Origin: Fimicolochytrium jonesii
Taxonomy: Eukaryota
Direction of reading: 5' to 3'
Length of the DNA stretch: 64,000 nucleotides
NCBI RefSeq assembly: GCF_025526975.1
Contig: NW_026515699.1
Location: 62,001 to 126,000 of the forward strand
In this document: piece after piece, positions 11,861-26,000 of the stretch
Layout: the number at the start of each line of letters is the position of its first letter
How positions within the stretch are numbered: position 1 is the stretch's first letter
Translations under genes and position numbers: made by a program
Notes under the pieces: generated by a model
Databases searched by the model: none
What the model was told of the DNA's origin: nothing
The model's input: the letters and a program-made list of their open reading frames with translations, nothing else

Positions 11861-14800
11861 GATTGCGATGGTTCAGAGATTTGCAGAAAGGAAGGTTGTA
11901 GGGAAGGTTGCTCGTTACGCGCACACAAAACGAAAGCGCAACAAATGCTGCTTTGCACTTTATATACGGGCTAGGCGAGACGAGATTTTCAGGCCGGGCG
12001 ATGACCGGCATCCTCGAGACTCGGTAATCCCATCCTATGCCCATATCATCCATGTCATTCATGCATAAGCCCACGGAATTCCGTGCTTGCCAAAACCTTC
12101 GAAAAGAAGGTCAGATCTTTCAGAAGGTCGGATCTCTGGAACTTTTGCTTGGCTAAGCGCGACGCGTTATGCTGACTTCACGCGACGCGCTTGCTGACTT
12201 CACGCTCGACACACCCCTTCCACTGGCGCCAGGTATTGTTCTCATCCTTCCTCGACATCCCCCCTCCATGATGATGCCTATCGGTCCTTAGTTTATGTTT
12301 CAATTCGACAGTCAGATTTCCATTGTCGGTACCAGATCTAAGTTGGTTGTAAAGTGTGCACCAGAGCATTGCATGGCTCGCCACACCCAAAAACAGGTCG
12401 GGTCTGCTACTGTCGTAAAGCTCAAGTATCCCCAGCTCAATCCCAAACTTTGGAACCACAGCTCAATGCACCTAACCAATACTTTTCCCGAAGTTACGGA
12501 TCTATTTTGCCAATTCCCTTATCGTCATTGGTCCACCAACTACAGGCTGTTGACCTTGGAGGCCTGCTGCGGTTATGAGTGGGTAGAATCTTGTGTCCCG
12601 TACGATCAGCGACCGAGGCGCATCGGTTCGCAGGTCCGCCTTTGCCAAACTCCAAGTTCTGTCCGCCGAACGCGCGCTGGTAGATCTTGCCTTCCTCCAT
12701 AGCGAGAAGGGCACTCCGTAGTCATTGAGCTCGATCACGGTCTGCGGGGCTTCGCGAGATATATATATGCAGTGGATGGCGTTTTAGTTGCTTATCAAAG
12801 GCGGAGTGGTGGGTGGGTGAATGAGAGAATGGATGAAGGGCTCCGTTGATGATGAATCAACCCAGTTGATGAAAGAAACGAGATCTGGAAGAACTGACTG
12901 TGAATGCCCAGGCGAGGGGCATGCCACTGATATTGGAAACTGAATGAACGTTTCCTGAGTCTCTGTGAAACCTCTCTCGTGTGGAAGAAACTGAGGTTTC
13001 AAGTTCTTGAACTTTGTGGGGTGAATTGCGAAGGACAATGCTGTCAAATCCCTGTCAAACCAACGCTGTTGTGCTGAAGACGCGTTAGGGGCAGTCCCGT
13101 TCTTCTAGTTGCCACATTGCTTACATGGAACATGTAAACAAGCTCACAAGTCCAAGATTGTGTGCTGTGGAGTCTGGCTGCAATGCCGAGACAATCCTCT
13201 GTGATTTCGGATGGCGCCTTTTGACACATCCTCAATAGGCCCTTCTTAAGGTTTGCAAACTGGGGTTATGAACGGTGCGCCGAATCCTGGGCGGGCAGTG
13301 TAACATGACAGGTTTTACGGTCTTTCTGAGGGCCCTGGAATATAAGCACTGCTTAATGCAGCGAGCCTCCGCGTGTCTTGTAGTTTGTCGAGTACGCATT
13401 TGAATCGGTCGCCTGGCTGTTGTGCTCGATCCCATCTACTGTGGTCACCCACCATACATGCCATACTGCCCATAGACAGGTACACATAATGGAGCATCTC
13501 TTCGCAAAACCGTTTCGGCAGCATCTAGCAGATCGCCGGCTGAGGGAAAGACGTGGTTGCGAGGCCGGTCATACAACTCTCAAAAGTCTTACATCCACTG
13601 GTCCGGTTGCATCCCCGTTTGAAATCTTTCCAAAGCAAAATGACAGTGGAACACAGTACTAATAAATGCGCTACAATCTTAGGCCGCAATGACCGCCAAG
13701 CGTTTTGCCGCGGCACTGGGTGGATAGGGGCGAAAGAGGGTCTTTGACTCGAATCCAGACTTCGACAGCTGTCAAGATGCCGTTCGACAGCTCTAGACGT
13801 AGATTTTAAAGCACCACACATCAAGACCTTCGAATCCATGGAGGAAGTCAGCTAGACACTTGGAAGTTTGGCCAACGAACATGAAATTGCTTCCACCCAA
13901 GAAGCAAGAAGGCGATTATCATTACTCACTCTGCAGCACTCCTAAAGTGAAGAGGAACAGCCGCCATTCCTGGAAATCGCTGCGGACGTGCAATGGTTCA
14001 AGCTCCACGAGGCACGATTCTTACAAAAATCTCCGAACTTCAACAAAGCTCACACATCCGAGTTTCGGCTATTGGAACAGGATCTGGCCGTCCGTTGACA
14101 TCACCGAAAAACGCAGCTGGTGATTGCACTGCTGCCGATCGGTCAATGGTGCATATAGTGTAAAGTCACTATTCGCCCTTTTTGACATCTGCACCCCTTG
14201 CCCTGCGCACAATGCCAGCGGAAGGCAGGTTTCCTGCGATAACGAGCTCTAACCCCACCGTTCAAAGGAGAATGGTTGTCCGTATTTGATGGTCGCTCCA
14301 TACATTGCACATGCTACCGGATGCATGAGGATTCCGGAGGACTTGTGATGGAAAATTCATTTGAAGTCAGGCAATGGTGCCCAGTGATGGCATATAGGTC
14401 TCTGCTCGAAGTTATGATCGCCGACCCGATTTCCTATGCAGATTGATACCTGTAAGAGTCCACTTGTAGCAAGACCTCATCCAGGACAACTGGTGGCTAC
14501 TCCGTCCCTGTAATCGAGTCAAACAATGTTCCATGACAAAGGTGAACAATGATGGAGTCTCCGTCGTTTTCATGTGGTCGCACGCGTATCAGGTACGTAA
14601 GCTGGCAAGATTGCGTACGTAGCAAGCAACGCGTGCTGTTGGCGTAATGTCAGTGATATCCTTTTCTCTCCATCATCCCATTCCATTTCCTTTCCACACC
14701 TCAAACATTTTCAAACCTCTTCAAACCTCCATCGAAATGACCGAATCTCACGCCTATCAGTATTTGGCGCCCGACGAACATCACAACATCATAACCTGGC

Positions 14801-15513
14801 TCCATCAACCTGCGGACAAAGAGGTTGCGACAGAGATTACGAGCGAGAGAGAAAGCGATGAAGTTGAGCAGGCCCGGGAGATGGTTTCGATCCGGGTTTC
14901 CGAAGCAAGAAGGAAAGATATTGGATCAGCCGAGAAGGGTCTGAGGAGTTGGCACGCATGAGAATGAGGAGGTTGAAGTCTTTGGCTCGAAACCTGCCAA
15001 GTAAGAGACCTTTAAGCTTAAGTTTCATTGGCAATGCGTATTGCATCTTCGTCAATGGCACTGGACAGGAGCCACTGAGTGACTTTGCTCTGAACTTTTT
15101 TTCTTGATTACCCAGGTTCCGGCTTTCGGAAAGAGGTGCGCAAAGAAGTCACGGTCCGCCACGAACGAGCGAACCGTGAAAAGGAACTGCGAATAGCCGC
15201 CAAAAGCGGGACAGGGCCGAAGAAAGTGAGGAAACGTATTGGCCCGAAGAAAGCACAACGTAACAGAAACCGGGAAGCCGCCCTTGCCGCCGCTGCTGCC
15301 AAAAGGTTGAACATAAATATGACGTACAGCGCTTCGGAAACCGATGCTGGCGGACCCAACTCACATATCGCTCCCTATTCATTCTTGTACAGCACCGACC
15401 CCGGCCCGCACGACACGATCACCGAAACCATCCAAGGCGTCAACGTCGCGATCCAAATCGAGTCCATCCCCACGCAATCAGTCGAATAGCACAACGGTCG
15501 CGATCCCATCGGT

Positions 15514-15663
15514 CGCCTCTACAAGAAGGGCGAGCGTCCCGACCCCATCGTCGTCATCAAGTACTGTCCCGCGGTCGGCGATTCCAAGCGTGCCCTCGAC
15601 GAGTACGTCCCCGAGATCTTCATGGGCGGTCGCAACACCATCTGGACCTACAACGTCTGCGAA
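15514..15663 (+). pseudogene. INO1: Orphan fragment of myo-inositol-1-phosphate synthase
   Basis: Translates as [49 protein letters not shown], the conserved MIPS VIKYxPxVGDSKRAxDEY...GGxNT...N.CE block. Flanking MIPS sequence is absent. Confidence 0.85.
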
Positions 15664-16229
15664 CATCTTTCGTGCTTGTGTCGGCTTGCCGCCCCAGAAC
15701 GATATGATGCCTCGAGCACAAGGCCATCTAGATTCTGTTGGATTTGCGGATCTCCTTTTCGTGCTTTCTTTCCCTCGTCGTTTCGAGCTTGTTCCGTTGG
15801 ATGGTAGTTTCGTCCTCCCTGTTCCGTTGGTACTTCGAGTTGTTCTAATATTTGTCTGATGTACTGAGATTTGAATCAAATTGGGTGCGACCGTTAAGGA
15901 TATGTTTTTGAATAGGCGGGAGGATTTTGCCAACATTCAAATGACTGGAACATTTACTGGTCCCGCCCCGGTGCACTGGGAACTTTGTTCATCTGTTAGT
16001 TCCTCCTTGCGTTTCACTGAATATGAATCAAAGTAGTCCGGCAATACATATGTTAGCCCATCGAGCTTCTGGAAGTGGGTGGGTTGTTGAATATGCTCAA
16101 GTGAACGATGGAAATATGGTTGGGAAGGGAAACTTGATGTGAACATGTACACATATACGCCGTTAAAACTGCATTGATGCTTGAAAAAACGATTTGCGGC
16201 TCACACTCCACATGAAGGGCATTGCGATA

Positions 16230-16410
16230 GAGCCATTTTCCGCTCATCTATTGCTGGCGCTGGGAGCTACCGCCGCCTTCGCAGTCTCAATCTATGATTC
16301 CAACCTGTATGTCTCCTTGCACCACGCCCGCCATCTCTACGGTTGGACAACTTCCCTGGCTAGTCAGTAATCTGGCTTACGACGCTATTATCGGAATGCC
16401 TTTCTGGCGT
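16230..16410 (+). mobile_element. Degenerate Gypsy-type retropepsin fragment
   Basis: LPWLVSNLAYDAIIGMPFW closely matches LPFLVAKIRYDAIIGRPWF of the protease at 50430-50837. The upstream LLLALGATAAF resembles a decayed LLDxGAT motif. Confidence 0.45.
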
Positions 16411-18199
16411 TTCTTCAACTACGCTGAACAATTCTCGATGACCAACCTACCTATCTTTCGTTGGACCAATTACGGCCCTATACCAAATGCACCGAAGTCC
16501 GTCACTATAAAATGTGAAAGAACTTCGAGAAATTGGGAAGATGTCGAATACATCCCAAAACACGATCCCAAAACACGCCATACTGTCACGTTGGATGAAG
16601 GAGGCGCCGATGGGAAGCTCTACATGTATCGTCCAGGGACCGTTACAGGAGTGGGGCCCCGTTTGAGTCCAATGGTGCTGGATGGTGGATCAAAATTTTG
16701 GCTGGACTGGGCTACGTCGAAACATTATGGTGAGGATCATTTGGCAAGTTGATGCGAAACGATTCAGCTATGATGTTTGTATGAAGATTGCTCATCGGAT
16801 TGTATATATTCGTCTCGATGCTTCCGTCTTCGTCTTCTTCCTCTTCCAGCATAGATCAATCATGTTGTTGTCTCCTGCTGCCGCAAGTTCGACGAGCTCC
16901 GTCGCTGCTCAGCAAGAGTCGTGCTGACCATCACGGCGACGCAAATCTCGTGTGCATCCCAGAAAGAGCATTTTGAATGATATGCCTGACTGTCAACCGC
17001 GGATACTCGTCTAACCCTTGTGCGGTATGCTCTAAATACGGATGCGTGGCTTGACTTGCGCTTTTGATGTCACACTCAGCATGAATACAACCGTGTCACC
17101 GGCTGCTCCAACCTCTCGAATCGAAGCTCTCCAATTCCACTCCACGCCGGCCATCGAAGCTCTCCACTCCACCCCAGGCCGGCCGGGGGTCGACCAGACC
17201 CGGCTTGGAGTCTGTTCGAGTTCCGGAGATTCCGTTAATGTCAGATCCCAACGGAGGTGACAGCCTCATGAAGCGACCTTCCATCATGCATCCATTGACC
17301 TTCTAGGACCTTCTAGGCAACTAGGATCTTCCATCAACATCCACGAAGGAGGCCAGCAAGCCGCCGTCGCAGCAGCTACCACAGTCGTCCGCCGTGCTTC
17401 AGCCCCCCCACAGGAAGACTGGTTCAATCCCGCTGCAGCTCAACAGTACCCCGCCCACGTCCCGCCCATGGCGTCACACTCGGGCGACAATCAGTAATAG
17501 ACAGATATTGTATTCAGTGAAGCGATTATAGAAACGCACAAGTAAAAAGAGTTAAGGAGCACCGGAGAAGAAAAGTACAAAACAATGACCGTCATCATCA
17601 CAAACATCGCGAACATTCATATTTATATTTTTCTGCCTTTATTTGGGGGCGGAACTCACGGTACATCTCCTGAAAGATGCCATCTACATCCCCACGTATG
17701 GGGGTGAGTTCCCGTAGACGGATGGGCTGCCAATGCCCACACCAAGGCCAGCCGACATTGCGTATGACAAAGAAGGGGAGCAACGTGCCCTATTTTCTCA
17801 TCAGAGAACACCGAGGCATAAACCCCCTCGGCTATCTCCTTCAATGTCCGCAATGCCGTCCAACCTGCTCAAAGAAGGGATGTCACTGTTCCTTGTGACA
17901 CGAGCCGAGGAGTGTGCCCCTCGGCCATCACCTTCAATGCCTTTGTGCCAACTGTGTCCCAACTGTGATATGCCCTCAGTGCTACCGTAGGTGCCCAATG
18001 ATCTCTACAAGTAGAGACCATCCGGTCACCTTTCATGTGTCCCTCAGTGCAACATGCCTCAGTGCCCAACCGTGCCTGCTCTCGACGAAGTACATGATAT
18101 GCGTCAGTATCCAACCAATATGCCTCAGTGCCCAACACGAACAGATCTTACCGAATCGTCCGAGAGTTCTCACCCGACTCCAGCTTTCCCGTCTGACAC

Positions 18200-18820
18200 A
18201 CCGCTGTACTTTTCGCTGCTTGCTCACGCGCTGCCGCAGCTCAAAGAACTGCCAATGTCTGAGGCAGGGATTGCCTTCTCAAGCGAAGTGGCCAGAGCAC
18301 AGCGCTACACAGTACAGTGATGCATGAAGACGAAGATCACCGAGAGACGAGGATCGTGTGCCGAAGGGTCCCACTCGACTCGTAGCAACCACCAACTTAC
18401 ACATGTTGTACTTTTCGCTGCCCACTCACACAATGCCCCAGATCACAAGGATCTGGCAATGTCTGAGGCAGGGATTGCCTTCTCAAGCGAAGTGGCCAGA
18501 GCGCAGCAGCTACACAGTACAACGATGCATATGATGAAGATCACCGAGAGACGAGGACGAAGATGGAATCGTGTGCCGAAGGGTCCCACTCGACTCGTAG
18601 CAACCACCAACTTACACATGTTGTACTTTTCGCTGCCCACTCACACAATGCCCCAGATCACAAGGATCTGGCAATGTCTGAGGCAGGGATTGCCTTCTCA
18701 AGCGAAGTGGCCAGAGCGCAGCAGCTACACAGTACAACGATGCATGAAGACGAAGATCACCGAGAGATCAGGAGTGGAAGAGCGAAGTGCCGTAACGTAG
18801 CGGGGTTGTTGGATCTTGAT

Positions 18821-18860
<40 letters not shown>
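18200..18860. repeat. Tandem array of ~205-215-bp units (about 2.7 copies) followed by a (CTTGAC)n microsatellite
   Basis: caatgtctgaggcagggattgccttctcaagcgaagtggccagagc recurs at about 18253, 18457 and 18672. The cttgac run is at about 18814-18860. Confidence 0.9.
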
Positions 18861-18861
<1 letters not shown>

Positions 18862-21800
18862 AAATGGCGGATGCGCGAGTTGAGGTACCTCAGTGGAAAT
18901 ATGGGAAAGTGGTCAGAATCGAATGGTAGCGAAACGCGAACAACCCAACCCGGCAACGGCAGAAGAAATCCAACTGAAAAATAGGTACTTACGAAGGATG
19001 ATAGTGGTGTGGAAGCGGTGTGTGGAGTGAAGAAAAATGGAGAGGGGGGGCGGTTGGGGTGTGTTCTTTTATATTCGAGAGATGCCAGTAGCGAGGGTGT
19101 CGCGCGCTCTGCGTTTGGACGCAGCAGAGATCGTTGTGGAAGCGTCTCGAGCGTAGCAGTGTGGCCAGAGCCGGGCCCAACCCCTTCTGGCTCAGGACCC
19201 CAAGGGAATGTCGGCGAAAAAAACGAAAAACGTGGGAGGGAGAAGCGGCAACGCGTGAGACGTAAGCGGTCGAGAACGCGTGGAAGCGGGTGTGATTGAC
19301 ACTAACCCCTCCTTCCTCATGCTACGCTATGGCAAGGGGCCCGGATTGCGTGCTTGACTTGGCGCTTACGAGCGGATATGGCTCTTCCAGGGCCTGCGAG
19401 CCCCTGGACATGTCAGCCTTATCAAGCTCAATGACGAATGGGAAGTCAACCCAAAGGGTCCGCTAATCACGTGAAGTGTCACTCCCTTTTGATGTTTTAT
19501 TAATCATATGATTTTGTGTGCAGAATGGCCGTCAGAAATATCTCATTGAAGGCCGGAATGGAGTGTGTGGCAGAGGGATTCAGCAAGTATGCGTGCATCT
19601 GCTCGAGTGCACTGTGATAGTCTTCTTCCTGTGGGGGAATTCCGGCTTGTGGGAACCATAAAGTGCGAACCCATAGGCTGACCAGATTACTTTTTGCGCG
19701 AGTCGTCAACGAGACACCACATATAACGGCAGTCCAAACGAAACCGAGGAAGGGATTCGATTCGTAGTGTATGTAGTTCTTACAACGTCGTAGGGAGGAA
19801 TCGTGCTCAAGGAATCACTTGGTCGTGTAAAATTGCACCGCACGGTCTAAAGGTCAGCATTTGGTAGATTCCGGAGGAGCCACTCGCGGGGTAGACTAGC
19901 CACACGTATGTGGTCCACTGCTTCCGAGAAGCTTCATATTTGCCACCAGTGATATCTGACCCTGACCCCTTCTGATCCATATCTGGCTTATTCACTTTAA
20001 GGCCTCGTTGATACTTCATGTCAACGGGGGAGGAATGAGGACGATACATGTATCTGGGACGGCGAGTTTAGCGTCATAGAAGTGGGACTGGGCTACGGTG
20101 ACCTGCAGAGATAAGCCCGATGGTAAGCTCTTACAGGCCGGGGGTCAAAACGCTGTATAGTTCGAATTGCTTCCGACCTGTGAGTCTGACCCCGCTGTTC
20201 GTACCATATCTTACCCGACGTCATCCATGCCGCAGGTTAAAGTCACCCCCTGAGTGGTTTACGGCGCTACAACTCCGTACAACTCCGTTGACAAACAGGA
20301 ATCGGTGCTCGGATCTGGTGCCGGGCGTGAGTCTCTCGGATATACGCAGGAAAGTTTGCCGGATGATGTGATGGCTGATCGCTATTTGGATAGCTTACCC
20401 TTGCAGGGTGCATGCAAGGGAGCTTCGGACGCTTTGCGCTGGGCAAGATAGCGGCCCGAATTAGTGCCGGTCATCGGAATACTCAGCGTATATGCAGTTT
20501 TTCGGGCTACAGTCAACGCCAATGAGAAGGATCTCGCCCCAAACCTCCACGAGACATACCGGCGGCCGTTGAGAGGTATGTTTCAGTCTGATAACCACGG
20601 GGAAGAGGGCGGAGATTGTGAACAAATGGCAGGGCACAACGCCGCCAGGATTTGGACGAAGCTGTTCGGTGTCGCCGAATGATGGAGACAACACCGTTGC
20701 GTGCGTTGCGCGTAGACGTACAAGACGACGGCGTAGATGGCGCAGAAGAGGCAGTCTCTGACGCATCGCCGCGATCAGCATCAGCGTCGCTAGGCTGCGT
20801 GCCCTAAACGGAGGAGGATCGATGAGGGTACGGACTAAGCCGAGTCACGACAGAACGCTCCCATCCTTCAGTCTCAAGCCTCGAATCAACCTTACTCCGC
20901 GGGGCCAAGTGTTTCAGCGACGCCTAGAGGCTGGGCAGTACACCGTTGTACGCAACACGAGGCTACTCGGCTCCTCGGCTCGTATTCCCATCATCTTCGG
21001 GCATCAGCCGCGGACACTTCCTTATGGAGCTCGCCCCTTTTGTAAACAAAGTCATCGGCCCCGGCCGACGTTTAGGGAATGACCTCCGTGATGTCGGAAC
21101 GAGCAGAGGATGTTCCTGTTCCGAACCGGGTGATGTAATTTCCGATCATCCACCTCTGGAACGGGTTTCCGGGGACGGCGGGGCATCTATATGATTCTCC
21201 GAAGAGGGATCGTCCCCAGTTGCCCGTCCAAGGTGCTCGAGTGCCGCAGTCATTCCCACCACCCACCACCGCATCGAAGGTCCTCTCCCACTCTCACCCA
21301 AGCGGTCCGGAAACGTCAAGTTTGGCCTCTACTTTTGATCAGTGATGTCAGTACAAGTTAGCGCAGGGAATGCAACTGCTCAACGGCGGCCGAGTTGGAC
21401 GGGACGGAGGGTTCGTTTTGGGTGTAAGCATGCAAATCATACTATCTCTGCAGCATCGCCGAACGTCTATGGGCCTTCGACTCTGGACTTGGAACGTCTC
21501 GACCCATTGGCCCGCGGCTAGCCCAGCGTTTAGTTGTGTGGTTCCTGGGCTCAACCCTGCATGCAGCTTTCACCTAAAAGCTGGACCGCCTTCCTCTCCC
21601 CGCCCGCTCAGTCGCCGAAGCAAATCCAAAAACCAGCGCACGGAAGCCCAATCAACTAGGCCGAGGCCGGTCCAACCCGACCGCAAGTCGCATCCCTGCT
21701 CCAACACGATTTGATTTCGCTTGGAGTTGCGGTAACCCATTCACCAGGAGTGGAGCCCTTCGGAGGAATGCGAAGGCAGGGCAGGCTTCAGCTGGCATGG

Positions 21801-24800
21801 ACGGAGCTGTGCATTGCCGACAGAGCTAGCATACGTTTCCCTCGCAAAACGAACCACATTGTCAGGGGTTTGCAGCTTGATGTGAAGCCCTGGTGACTTT
21901 TGAGCGTTGGGCGATTTGTGGAATCTGTCGAAGCCTGGGTTGAAGCGGGTGGCGCAGGAGATTATAACGCCGTCACGACTGTTATTTCGGGTATTGCAGC
22001 CCGGTACTTTCGTTTCTTGCCCCTCTATGATTATGGTCTCATAGTCATCGCATCTTTTCCGCGTTTCATTCGCTGGTACGGCAGCTCGGACGGGTAAATA
22101 CGGCGTCAAACCGCTTCCGGATGAGGCTCACACTGCTTGCTAAACTTATGAAGGCCATCTCGGTATGAATGCTCGTGTGGGCAGGTCGTAGCAGATGCGT
22201 TCAGATATTCGGGAGTGATCCGAGCGGAAATCACTTTAGATGTTTTGGCGGATGTTTCCAGTACGAGCATAGCTCAAAGTTAAAACGTTGGGGATAAACA
22301 GGTCAGTAGCTTGCTCGTCATCGTCCTTTGTACGTTCTGGCGAAGAGGGGTTATTTATTCCGCGACTTACAGATAGTACGGGTCATTTGAGCGGCTCTTT
22401 GGAGTGAGGCATATATGCGCGGGATCCGACAAGTACGTACATGAGATGTGAGTGGATCAGTATCAGAAGATGCAGGGGGAAGGTTCGATCTTGGATTTAG
22501 GTCAATTGTCGGAGGCTATACCGTTGTCATGAAGGACATTCCCGAGATCGATATCTGGAGAATAGAAACTTGATAGCCAGTAGCCGGAGGTGAAGTAGTT
22601 CGCACCAAGCAGTTTCCGGCGCACCATCGGTAGTGGATGCCTTTCAAATGGATTTCTGCTCAACTGTGCACCCCTGCTCGCCTGTGCACCCGTCACAGGT
22701 CGTGGATAGCTCACGTTGACTTGACGCTTCGGAGACGTCGTTGTCGGGATGACCTTACCCTTGAGGACTTGAAGCGACTGGAAATTTTCACTGTGGACAC
22801 GGAGACCGGGACTGCGTACGAGAGTCTTGAGGGTTTAGCATGATGCTTCTCATGCCTACCTTGACATCTCAGAGACTCGACGAGCGAGAATCGGAAGGAC
22901 AGAACGGCGCTCACTGAGATAGTCCCAGTGACTTAGGGATTCTCTTTGGAGCGGGACAACAGGCTAGATACACGTCCTGCGAACGAGGAGAGGCTTACGT
23001 TTCCCCGTGACGTGATGTCGACGAGGTGAGAGAGTGGATTTATGGGATCGGCGGTTCTCCCGGTGGCGACGAGTTCTTACTTCTCTATCTTTACGGCGTA
23101 AGTGAGTCGGAGACATCGTTGGATGCACCGCAGAGAAAGAAGGGGTCAGTGATGCCCAGCCACCAATCTGGACTAGCAGCCCCGACCCGAATGAAACGGC
23201 ATCACCTCGACTTATTGCCCAGGAAGTCTCATTTGCATGCTGCGCCTCACTCCCTTCGTCCCGGTCGGTGCTCTCCCCTTCAAGCTCCTCGTCGACATGA
23301 AGCTCCGACAAATCTGCCGTCAGGAGGAGCTCGGGTTGAGCTGGATGCACTGGCACCGTTGTTGTTTTGAGGTCAGGGCGCGGCTGGAACTCGAGGATCC
23401 GCCAAGTGGGATCACGATAAGGCCGGGCGGCAACGCACTAGACAGCGCATTGGACAACGAAGATAACGCCATTCGGGAACAGCGCAATACTCGAGGTATT
23501 TTTTTACCAGTCCACGGCGATGCGATGCGGTGAATGGGAATGAAAAGGATGATGCCGTCGGCGTCCGCGGACGTGTTATGGAAGTGGAAACAATCGCTCT
23601 GGATCGTCCCGCTCAGAGCGACGGACCCACACACCAACGAATGACCTTTTGGTCCCACACAACCGATGACCGATGGATTACAACACCCAACGACGCAATC
23701 TGCTACCGCAAACACAGTCCATATACTTTCGGCACATAGATAGAGATAGATGTAGACGTGGAATCCCTGGGAGGGGCACCCAAGTATCGATTTATATACA
23801 TCTCGTGAGCAAAAGTATGTGCAAGTGAAACCCTCGCTTTTGTTGTGATTCGATCAAGTTGCGGAGGCCATGTCGACCTTTCATGGATTATAAGGAAGTG
23901 GCATTTAGACCCTCTTAGACGCCATGCTTTCTGCTGAAGGCTACCTACGAAACTTAGACCATTTGGTTGTTGGCCGTTGATGGTTTTGCCAGGATGCAGA
24001 TCACGCAATGAGCAGGTTGCGAAAACGACCGATCTGTGAGCTTTCCCAAGGCCGTATTCCCACCGTTCCCACCGTACGCCTAGGACTTTGACCTGCGTGC
24101 ATAATCAGTATGGCACCTTGGAAATGCGCGTGGGTACAAACGGGCTCTTGACTTACTTCCTCGCGTTAGATGCCTGCCTAGACAGCGCTGGCTCCTGACC
24201 GGCGCCACCTCCTTCGGTCCTGTGGGTCATAAATAGCTCAAGTCCGGGTATTGCAGCCTGGTACTTTCGTTTCTTGCCCGTCTTGATTAGTTTGAGAATC
24301 TAACGCGTGTGAGCGATAACTTTCTTGCGGGTTCCTGCCTTCAGATCTATAGGAATGTCGGACCCCTTCGACTTCAAAGCACGCGCGGGCTGCACAGCAT
24401 TGCCCTGAACTGCCGCTCCAGGGGCGCAATTTTCGCCTTGATCGACGGGCGCGGACACCCTTCGTAGCCGCCGCAGCTCTGCTTCTAGTCTGTATTCGGT
24501 GAAAAGGGGGGTATAAGTCCCGACGATAAGGTATTGAAAATGCCAGCACGCAAGGAACTGAGCGATTTTACTGACTCCAAGACTGCCGAGACGAGAATGC
24601 GGCCAACGAACGACGACTCTTTCACACGAGCCGCGATGGCACCTTCTACGCCCCTCCAGAGACAAACAGCGAGACAGTGGGGCACTGATGTGTGAGCCGG
24701 AGCGTCCGCTCGTGGGGGGAGGCCAACATATCTGGGGAGGCCGAGCCGGTCCAATGTTTTATCACAAAAAGCCGTCAAGGGATGCTGCGTAGTACTATCG

Positions 24801-25559
24801 TCCAAATGATAGTATCGAAGGTAACCAGACGAGAACCATATTTCGAATCGCATGACCTCATGCATACGGGTTGAGGTTGAGGGGCCGGAAGCAGCGGCGA
24901 GTCGGTTGGCATTATTTTGGGAGATTTCGCCTCGTCCGTATACGGTCCGCGATAAGTTGGTAAAGTTGGCGTTGCCGGTGAAGCATTGATAATCGTGTTG
25001 TAGGTGGGTGTTGCATGGAAGCAGTTGGCGGTTGTGCTTGCATGAGAGCGCTGCGCCGTCCGCAAGCTCCTTTCAACCTCTTTCCGCGAGCGGCGACTTC
25101 CAGTAGATTCCCTTTCTGTTTTCATAGACGGCGGTCTCTGGGAGTATGTAACTGGTAAGTCAGCGACCGCTGGACGGATATACCAGAACATAAAGCCAGC
25201 CTAGCAGGAGCTAGGTCTCTCAACGGGGTCAGCGACCGCTTCGCCATTGAGCCAGACCACAGGCATCTTCGAGAACGGGAATCAGCATGGAGAACAGTTT
25301 TCGGATTGAGGCCCTCCGGCTTCAGGTTCACTCACGTTTCCTGCCCTTCCCTGCGGGCATCGGTGGGGATTTCCCAAATTCGCAAGGCTACCGAACGCCG
25401 GGTACGAGATCGAGGGCTCCCAACAACCTCGGCCTGCAGCCCTCTTGGAACCTTACCGCTGAGCAAGCGTTGCCCATCTCCCAGGCCTGCCCGGCAGCTA
25501 GGCAAATGGCCTGCTCAACGACCCAAGACGCCGAACCCTAACCCTAACCGTCGGTAACC

Positions 25560-26000
25560 CTTCACCAAGAGTCGATATTCCCACCTCGAGCAGATTGTGT
25601 GCGGTACAAACAACAGGCCGTGCTGATGAGTTGAGAGCTGTCAATATCGTCCACATAGTTAAGAAGCTCTTGGCGAAGCCTGTAGAGCAGCCTTCCCCAC
25701 CGGTTCTCCACTGCTGCACGTACTTTCAAGCAGATGGTCTCACTCTCCAATAAAAGTTTCTCTCAGTATGCTGCCTACACAGCAGGTGTTGTGCATCGGT
25801 CGGAACAGTTCTCAGCGGAGATGGCAAGTGATGCTGAGTCTCGAAGTTTGCACGGCCCAGAGTCTGCACCCATATTCCAGACACATATTCCAGGGCCACA
25901 TGGGAAGGCATACTTGGTAATGTTGATGTGAGGTCCTCTATGTTCCAGGCCTTGGTCTCAAGTCTCCGGTGCAGAAATCGTACAGTGTAACCCCCTCCTT
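25560..26000 (-). mobile_element. Probable Mutator (MULE) transposase remnant
   Basis: RDSASLAISAE, then a frameshift, then PTDAQHLLCRQHTERNF resembles TDxxxALxxA...FPxAxHxLCxWHxxxN. It is followed by ENRWGRLLYRLRQELLNYV. Confidence 0.45.

Noticed and set aside
12100..14600. Possible gene or transposase
   Set aside because: There are many stops in all frames and no motif I could recognise, so it is left unannotated.
18563..18956. DLDLDL / QGQGQG repeat proteins
   Set aside because: These are translations of the (CTTGAC)n microsatellite.
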